From the human T2T-CHM13v2.0 reference genome, Homo sapiens: a stretch of 64,000 nt of DNA. A program made the position numbers and the translations under genes. The stretch lies in the NCBI RefSeq assembly GCF_009914755.1, contig NC_060928.1. One strand, written 5' to 3'. Below, in pieces: positions 55,350 to 64,000 of the stretch. Position 1 is the first letter of the stretch, and each line of letters opens with the position of its first letter. The notes beneath the pieces are model-generated. The model searched no databases. It had not been told where the DNA came from and saw nothing but the letters and a program-made list of their open reading frames with translations.

Positions 55350-56378
55350 CAGAAGATTCTTATGTGAACTCATCTTCATATTTCTAGGTCCAGTTTTTTA
55401 AGTCATGGAAAAAGTCATGGCCATTAATAGCTCAGATGATTCACAATTAAAGAATTGTATTACCCAAACAAGTAATGAACCCCAAATAACAGAAGGCAAA
55501 GGGAACATGAAATGGGTAGCAAAATAATAAAAAATATAAATATCAACGGATTTTCTACCCAACCATGAAAATGAGTAGATCTGAGTACCTATGTTTATTT
55601 CTCTGTGCTTTGCTGTGCATATATTTGTATATATTAACTTTTTTTTATCCTTTAGCTTTTAACTGTTATTATACACAAAGTTACTTGTGTAACTTAAACT
55701 TATAATTTATCTGTTAATATGTAGGATATCTATGGCAAATTGTGACAGAATATGAATGAATGAGAAGAGTAATGAATGTCATTCAGCAATGGGTGAAATA
55801 TAACAGGTGAAATTTTTGTTTACTCTTTGTGCATCCTTGTATCAAGGATAATTTCCACACCTTAAGTTGAAGCATAATGTCATTACCATTGTTGTTTGGA
55901 AATTAAGTACTGGTGAAATGTTGGGTACAAATATTTAGTATCCAAAGATTTGATAGCCTCATTGTCTATTGGAGACTCAATTTTCTCATTCTGTTTCTTC
56001 CTTAACAGAAGGGCTAGATGGGCCAGCAAATTCTAGGTTAGATTCTGTCAACAAAAGACATGAATGAAGGATTTGAACTGTGGAAGGGTGGTAGAAGCTT
56101 TATTATTTCTCCAACAGTGGCAGGCAGATGTTACGTGTTTCGCAGATGTGGAATTTTATAATATGTTTCTCAGCAAGTCACTTACCTTAGCACTGGAAGT
56201 ATATGATTATAAGCATTGATTTTCTGACGTTCCTGACTTCCCAAGTGAGCAATGGCATTCTCTGATCTTTATTCCTCTTCCCTACCAATGTTTGTACATA
56301 ATTCTCTAAACTGAATTCCTTCTATCTTAAAATACATTAAATGATTTCCATTTTTCTGAAATAATCATGGCTGACACA
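55350..56378 (+). mobile_element. ERVL pol 3' end, 3' untranslated region and an ERVL-type 3' LTR (~55950-56378)
   Basis: taatagctcaga...gaaggcaaagggaacatgaaatgggtag...tataaatatca resembles the ERVL pol end; LTR-like terminus cttaaaatac...gatttccatttttctg...gctgacaca. Confidence 0.62.
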
Positions 56379-56523
56379 TGCTATGAAGGAAGAAGAGTTC
56401 TGAGATCCAGAATGATTGGAGGCTGGTGGCTTCTTTGAGGATAAGATAACTTTTTACAGGGGAGGGTGGATGGGATAGAGAGGAACATTTTGGTTGATAT
56501 ATAAAGGGTGAAAAGAAGCCAGC

Positions 56524-56989
56524 TATGTTAATTTTCTAGATCTACCATTAAAAAGTATCAAACACTGGGTGGCTTAAAACAACATAAATTTATTCTCACA
56601 GTTCTTGAGTCTAGAAATCTGAAATCAAGGTGTCAGAAGGGTGAAGCTCTCTCTGATTGCTCTAGAGGGGAATCCTTCCTTGCTTCTTCTGGCTTCCAGT
56701 GTTTGTTGGCAACTCCTGGCCTCCGTTGGCTTATAGACGCATCATGCCAGCTACATGGTGGTCTTCTCCCTGTGTGTCTTCACATAGCCACATAATGTGT
56801 CTGTCTCTGTGTCCAACTTTACTCTTCTTATAAGGACGCCAGTCATATTGGATTAGGGCCCATTCTAATGACCTCATTTTACTTTGATTACCTCTCTACA
56901 GACGCCATTTCCAAATATGGTCACATTCTTATGTACTTGGGATTAGGACTTCAACATACCTTTTTGGGGAAACTATTCAACTGATAACA
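56524..56989 (-). mobile_element. MLT1C-type LTR
   Basis: actgggtggcttaaaacaacataaatttattctcacagttct...cagtcatattggattagggccc...actattcaactgataaca. Confidence 0.88.
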
Positions 56990-57454
56990 TTAGCCAAGTA
57001 AGGATAAGGGGAAAAGCATTCCATGTAGAGAGAATAACACGTGTAAAGCACCTGATTTTACAAAGAAAGCATTGTTCAAAGATCAGCAAGTGTGTTCTTC
57101 CTTGGACTGGAAAATTGAGGTAGAGAAGAGCAGGAAAGTATGAGATTTTCCTGCTTTAGAATATTGATATGAAAACACATACTGACATATTTTTGAATGT
57201 TGAAGCATATTTTTGAATGTTGAAGCAGCTTTGAGTTCCCAAATTAACTCTGCTTGTAGATGATGTATTACCTTTGGTATATTTCTATATACCAAAGAAG
57301 ACTATCGGTTTGTAGTTTTCTTGTAATACTTTGTCTGGTTTTGGTGTCATGGTAATCCTGGCCTCATAAAATATGTTGAAAAGTAGTTTTACCACGTCTA
57401 TTTTACAGAATCTTGTATATGGAATTGATTTTATTTCATTCTTAACTGTAATTA

Positions 57455-58012
57455 AGTGTAAATTAGTTCAGTCATTGTGGAAGACAGTGTGGTGATTCCT
57501 CAAAGATCTAGAAGCAGAAATACCATTTGACCCTGCAATCTTATTACTGTGTATATACCCAAACTAATGTAAATCATTCTATTATAAAGATACATGCATA
57601 TGTATGTTCATTGCAGCACTATTCACAATAGCAAACACATGGAATCAACCCAAATGCCCATCAATGGTAGACTGGATAAAGAAAATGTGGTACATAAATG
57701 CCATGGAATACTATGCAGCCATAAAAAAGGAATGAGATCATTTCCTTTGCAGGGACATGGATGAAGCTGGAAGCTGTTATCCTTAGCAAACTAACACAGT
57801 AATAGAAAACAAAATACCAAATGTTCTCACTTATAAGTGGGAGCTGAACAATGAGAACACATGGACACATCATGGGGGACAATACACACTAGGACCTGTT
57901 CGGAGTCGGGGTGGAGGGAGAGCATCAGGAAGAATAGCTAATGCATGAAGGGCTTATGCACATGTACCCAAGAACTTAAAATAAAGGTTGAAAAAAAAAA
58001 AAAAAAAAGAAA
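57455..58012 (+). mobile_element. 5'-truncated older L1PA (about L1PA13-16) 3' end with poly-A
   Basis: gattcctcaaagatctagaagcagaaataccatttgacc...ggagggagagcatcaggaagaatagctaatg, A-tail. A short deletion is apparent in the 3' UTR. Confidence 0.9.
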
Positions 58013-58058
58013 AGAATGTGTATCCTACTACTTCTACAAGGACTGTTCTACAAGGACT

Positions 58059-58105
58059 TACAGAAGGTAAGGACAACATTGATACTGTTGTCCTTACCTT
58101 CTGTA
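58059..58105. repeat. Perfect 20-bp inverted repeat with a 7-nt loop
   Basis: tacagaaggtaaggacaaca-ttgatac-tgttgtccttaccttctgta. Confidence 0.96.
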
Positions 58106-58805
58106 TCCTAACTGATTTTCTATCTAGTTATTTTATGAGTTAATGAGAAAGTAATTTTAAAATATCTAATTTTAATTATATATTTGTCTATTTCTTCTTT
58201 AGTTCTATTAGTTTTTGTTTTATATATTTTAAAATTATGTTGATACATGTACTTCAATGTATATATTATGTATATTATTTTTTATAAATTAACCATCTTA
58301 TCATTATGTAATGTCCCTCTTTTTTCTAATAGTCTTCTTCTCCTGAGGTTCACTTTGTCTTATGCTAACATAGTCACTTGGACTTTCTTCTGCTTACTAT
58401 TTTCAAATTGTATCTTATTTGACTTTTTCATTGTAAAGTGTGATTTATATTTAAAATGAAACTCTTTTTCTATTGTATAATTTATTGTTCACAACATGAT
58501 GTTTAGATAGACGTATACTTAGTGAAATAATTTTTAGAGGTAGGCAAAAAATGTATTTTTCATCTTAAATAGTTACCTTTGAGTGTGTGGTAGGAGCACC
58601 TAAAATCTACTCTCTCAGCACATTTTCAATGTACAATACTATATTATTAACTATAGTCTTGATGCTGTACATTCGACCTCTAGACTTATTCACCCTACTT
58701 TACTGCAAGTTTATACCATTTAGCCAACATATCCCCATTTCCACCACATCCCAGTTCCTGGCAACTATGCTTTTACCTGGCTTCTATGAGTTCTGCTTTT
58801 TTTTT

Positions 58806-59611
58806 AAATTATTATTATACTTTAAGTTCTAGGGTTCACGTGCACAATGTGCAGGTTCGTTACATATGTATACATGTGCCATGTTGGTGTGCTGCACCCA
58901 TTAACTCATCATTTACATTAGGTATATCTCCTAATGCTAACCCTCCCCCATCCCCCCACCCCACGACAGGCCCTGGTGTGTGATGTTCCCCTTTCTGGGT
59001 CCAAGTGTTCTCATTGTTCAATTCCCACCTATGAGTGAGAACATGCGGTGTTTGGTTTTTTGTCCTTGCAATAGTTTGCTGAGAATGATGGTTTCTAGCT
59101 TCATTCATGTCCTACAGAGGACATGAACTCATCCTTTGTTATGGCTGCATAGTATTCCATGGTGTATATGTGCCACATTTTCTTAATCCAGTCTACCACT
59201 GATGGACATTTGGGTTGGTTCCAAGTCTTTGCTATTGTGAATAGTGCCGCAATAAACATACATGTGCATGTGTCTTTATAGCAGCATGATTTATAGTCCT
59301 TTGGGTATATACCCAGTAATGGGATGGCTGGGTCAAATGGTATTTCTAGTTCTAGATCCTTGAGGAATTGCCACACTGTCTTCCACAATGGTTGAACTAG
59401 TTTACAGTCCCACCAACAGTGTAAAAGTGTTCCTATTTCTCCACATCCTCTCCAGCACCTGTTGTTTCCTGACTTTTTAATGATTGCCATTCTAACTGGT
59501 GTGAGATGGTATCTCATTATGGTTTTGATTTGCATTTCTCTGATGGCCAGTGATGAGCATTTTTTCATGTGTCTGTTGGCTGCATAAATGTCTTCTTTTG
59601 AGAAGTGTCTG
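58806..59611 (-). mobile_element. L1PA4/5-type 3' segment (non-inverted part of a twin-primed insertion)
   Basis: attatactttaagttctaggg...; minus-strand ORF 59101-59628 translates the ORF2 C-terminus ([19 protein letters not shown]...[13 protein letters not shown]). Confidence 0.96.
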
Positions 59612-61303
59612 CTGAAGATCAAATTCATGAAATGAAATGAGAAGAGAAGTTTAGAGAAAAAAAGGGTAAAAAGAAAGGAATAAAGCCTCCAAGAAATATG
59701 GGACTATGTGAAAAGACCAAATCTATGTCTGATTGGTGTACCTGAAAGTGATGGGGAGAATGGAACCAAGTTGGAAAACACTCTGCAGGATATTATCCAG
59801 GAGAACTTCCCGAACCTAACAAGTCAGGCCAACATTCAAATTCAGGAAAAACAGAGAATGCCACACAGATACTCCTTGAGAAGAGCATATCTAAGACACA
59901 TAATTTTCAGATTCACCAAAGTTTAAATGAAAGAAAAAATGTTAAAGGCAGCCAGAGAGAAAGGTCGGGTTATCCACAAAGAGAAGCCCATCAGACTAAC
60001 AGCAGATCTCTTGGCAGAAACTCTACAAGCCAGAAGACAGTAGGGACCAATATTCAACATTCTTAAAGAAAAGAATTTTCAACCCAGAATTTCACATCCA
60101 GCCAAACTAAGCTTCATAAGTAAAGAAGAAATAAAATCCTTTACAGACAAGCAAATGCTGAGAGATTTTGTCACCACCAGACCTGCCCTAAAAGAGCTCC
60201 TGAAGGAAGCACTAAACATGGAAAGGAACAACCAGTACCAGCCACTGCAAAGACATGCCAAATTGTAAAGACTATAGATACTAGGAAGAAGCTGCATCAA
60301 CTAATGAGCAAAATAACCAGCTAACATCATAATGACAGGATCAAATTCACACATAACAATATTAACCTTAAATGTAAATGGACTAAATGCTCCAATTAAA
60401 AGACACAGACTGGCAAATTGGATAAAGAGTCAAGACCCATCAGTGTGCTGTATTCAGGAAACCCATCTCACGTGCAGAGACACACATAGGCTCAAAATAA
60501 AGGGATGGAGGAAGATCTACCAAGCAAATGGAAAACAAAAAAATGGATCAATTCAACAAGAAGAGATAACTATCCTAAATATATATGCACCCAATACAGG
60601 AGCACCCAAATTCATAAAGCAAGTCCTTAGAGACTTACAAAGAGACTTAGACTCCCACACAATAATAATGGGAGACTTTAACACCCCACTGTCAACATTA
60701 GACAGACCAATGAGACAGAAAGTTAAAAAGGATATCCAGGAATTGAACTCAGCTCTGCACCACGTGGACCTAATAGACATCTACAGAACTCTCCACCCCA
60801 AATCAACAGAATATACATTCTTCTCAGCACCACATTGCACTTATTCCAAAATTGACCACATAGTTGGAAGTAAAGCACTCCTCAGCAAATTTGAAAGAAC
60901 AGAAATTATGACAAACTGTCTCTCAGACCACAGTGCAGTCAAATTAGAACTCAGGATTAAGAAACTCATTCAAAACCGCTCAACTACATGGAAACTGAAC
61001 AACCTAATCCTGAGTGACTACTGGGTACATAGCGAAATGAAGGCAGAAATAAAGATGTTCTTTGAAACCAATGAGAACAAAGACACAACATACCAGAATC
61101 TCTGGGACACATTCAAAGCAGTGTGTAGAGGGAAATTTATAGCACTAAATGCCCACAACAGAAAGCAGGAAAGATCGAGAATTGACAGCCTAACATGACA
61201 ATTGAAAGAACTAGAGAAGCTAGAGCAAACACATTCAAAAGCTAGCAGAACAAGAAATAACTAAGATCAGGGCAGAACTGAAGGAGATAGAGACACAAAA
61301 AAC
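59612..61303 (+). mobile_element. Inverted L1PA segment: ORF1 3' part, inter-ORF spacer, ORF2 5' part
   Basis: ORF1 peptide KRPNLCLIGVPESDGENGTKLENTLQDIIQENFPNL with several stops; ORF2 start [19 protein letters not shown]. Confidence 0.96.
60332..61198 (+). pseudogene. Truncated L1 ORF2p APE-type endonuclease domain with an in-frame deletion
   Basis: 288-aa ORF with CIQETH, NIYAP, MGDFN, KIDH and SDH motifs; premature TGA; no reverse transcriptase. Confidence 0.93.
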
Positions 61304-63713
61304 CTTTTTTTTTTAAGGTCCCACATATAATTGAAATCATGTAGTACTTTTTCTTTGTGTGCCTGGCTTATTTCACTTAGCATAATGTTCTCCAGTATTC
61401 ATGTTGTTGCTAATGGCACTATCTACATTTTTAAGGCTGAAAAATAATATTGCATTATATATATATCACAATGTTTTAAATCTATTTATCCATTGATGGA
61501 CACTTAGGTTGTTTCCTTATCTTCTTTGTTGTGAATAATGCCACAATAAACATGAGCACACAGTTATCTCTATGATGTGCTGTTTCTGTTGGGCATGTAG
61601 CCAGCAGAGGGACTGCTGGGCCATATAGTATTTCAATTTTTAATTTTCTAAGAAACCTTAGCACTGTTTTCCATAATGGCTGTTAAGAATCTGCATTCCT
61701 ACCTGCAGAATAAAAGGCTTCTCTTTTTTTCACTTCCTCACTAACACTTGTTGTCTCTTGGTTTTGTGATAATAATACCATCCCACCTGCAAATGTATAA
61801 GGTTATATCTTATTGTGGTTTACTTGCATTTCTTTGATAATTAGTGGTTGTTAGCAACTTTTTATATATGGACATGCTTAAGTCTTCTTGGAAAAATGCC
61901 TATTCAGGTCCTTTGCCTATTTTTAATTGAGTTATTATTATTATTATTGCTAGTGAGTTGTATCAGTTCCTTATACATCCTGGATATTAACTCCTTATCA
62001 GATTTGTATTTTGCAAATATTTTCTCACAATCTTTTGGCTGCCTTTCCATTTTGTTAATTGTTTCCTTTGCTGTGCAGAAGCTTTTTAGTTTGATGTAGT
62101 CCCAATTGCTATTTTTGCTTATGATGCCTAAACTTTTGGTGGGATATCCAAAAAATCATTGCCAAAATTAATATCAAAAACCTTTTTCCCTTATGAAAAT
62201 TTATCTAGGAATTTTAAGATTTCAGTCCTTACATTTAGATCTTTAATCCGTGTTGAGTTGATTTTTGTGTAAGGTATAAGAGAAAGGTCTGGTTTCATTT
62301 TTATGCCTGTGGATTTCCAGTTTTCTTAACACCATTTATTAAAATGACAGATTTTCCCACTGCATCGTCTTAGTGGCATATCATCACCATGGTGTTTGGC
62401 CTAGTTACTAGACCTTTTTAATTTTCTCTCAGTAACTCAGTTTATCACTTGAGTTAGTTGAACCATTTCACTGCATTTTGAGGTGTCCTATAACAACTGG
62501 ATGCACTCACATGAAGGAATGATGGATCCTGCCAACCATGTAAAGGCTCAAGATGATCAGGTTTGTTTAGGTCAGTCTACATCCCAAGTGCTCCCAAGAC
62601 TGATACTTCCAAATGGAAAGAAAGATACATATTAAGCATATCCACTTCTGTGCAAAATATAGGGAAACAACTTTTACCAATTACATTTCCTATACATACT
62701 AAAGGAAACAAACTTAGAAATATTTGTAATATGTAAAATTATTAAAACACTATTTTATCAAAAGTTTTTCTAAAGAGATATTTTGATTCTCATCTTTCTG
62801 TGTTTAATAACCATGCCAAATTTTGCTATTTATAGTCTTTGTGGTGTTCTTTATTGTTAGATTTTTTTTTATTGTTTGGGGAAAACATTATATATTTCTA
62901 TGCCTCATCTTTAACTGACTTTTTTTTGCTTCCAAGCAATGGTAACTTTTAATATTAATATTTAAAACTAAGTTGCTTGCCAGTTTTCAGATTTCCAGCA
63001 ATGTTGATATAATTTGTTCCTTTTGCACAAAAATATAGTAGTAGGTGATTTTTAAAGCACATGTTGTAATATCATAATTATAAACCACTGAATCAGCCTC
63101 TTTATTTGGAAATGTAAAAGTTCCAGTACTGGGTAATAGATTTGAGCTTAAAAGCAAGTCAGTAGTGTGTGAATCATTACTTTTTAACCACCAAAAACAT
63201 AAGCTATTATAAAGTGTTTAAATATTTATTTAATAGTATTTTCATGTATATGAGCTAGATAGCTACATAATGCTAAGTATGTATTTGCAGTCTTATAGAA
63301 TACTGTATCACAATAATTAAACAGCAAGTTAAACAGATTTAGAAATTCAAATTAAAGCAACATTTTTCGGAATTGAAGGCATATTTACTTGCTTTTCAGA
63401 GATGTCACTGAGCTTCAAATAATCCTATAACATCTGATTAAGATGCAAGAGATGTCATTTAATCTCATAGGGATATAATGTCATGTATTGTTACAAAACT
63501 TTTATGAAGTATTTCATAGGATGCTAGTTAGTCCAATTAAAGATGGATATTTTTATGGTAATTATTTTCTAATTTTCCTCGAACTTATTTTTAAGAAAAA
63601 TGGAAAATACATCTCATTTATATTTTAGTCAGTTTGGTTTACTTTAACACACAAATAAAATCAAACTTAAATCTTGAGGAAATTATAATCTTTTGCAAAG
63701 TGGAGATTTTTTT

Positions 63714-64000
63714 TATTAGTTATCCATTATGTAACAAATTACCCCAAACTTAGAGGTTTAACACAACAAACATTTGTTAGTTGCTGTACACTAAGAATCT
63801 TAGTATAGCTCAGCTGGCTACATCAAGCTCAAGTTCTTCTAGAAGGCTGGAATCCAAGTGTTGGTTGGGGTTGTAGTCTCATCTGAAGGACTGACTGAGG
63901 GAGGACCTATTTATATTATTCATGTGGTTGTTGTCAGGATTTGATTTCTCATGAGACTATTGGACTGATGGCCTCCCTTGTTTTCTGGTTGTTGACTGGA
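63714..64000 (-). mobile_element. MLT1 (E/F-like) LTR, truncated by the window end
   Basis: tattagttatccatt...gtaacaaattaccccaaacttag...agctcagctgg...gtctcatctgaagg. Confidence 0.8.

Larger units (their letters stand above)
58460..62375 (-). mobile_element. L1MA-type element (3' UTR and ORF2 end) split by an L1PA insertion
   Basis: aaaatctactctctcagca...ttctatgagttc on the left resumes as cccacatataattgaaatcatg...gcctggcttatttcacttagcataatg on the right. Confidence 0.88.

Overview
Primate (human-like) AT-rich, CpG-depleted, repeat-dense genomic DNA, consistent with an intergenic or deep intronic region. I see no host protein-coding gene, RNA gene or CpG island. Apart from decayed L1 ORF1/ORF2 remnants, the listed ORFs are chance frames or translations of Alu, LTR and microsatellite sequence. 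The window is mostly fossil transposable elements (Alu/FLAM, L1PA/L1MA/L1M, L2, MIR, MaLR LTRs, ERVL and ERV1 pieces, Tigger/hAT elements) plus a ~2 kb compound AT-rich minisatellite. Family names come from my recollection of consensus sequences, not from a RepeatMasker run. The most notable structures are: (1) an ERVL pol sequence that stops at ~27738 and appears to resume at ~55350, with CAGAAGATTC at both junctions and a ~255 bp diverged direct repeat just inside each; (2) a minisatellite block of 13 perfect-hairpin 31-bp units next to a block with mirror-ordered variants; (3) three fold-back inverted repeats and several templated direct duplications; (4) a twin-primed inverted L1PA with an in-frame endonuclease deletion; (5) a two-LTR ancient ERVL remnant. 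I cannot support a novel functional biological system here; these findings are rearrangement or mutation signatures.
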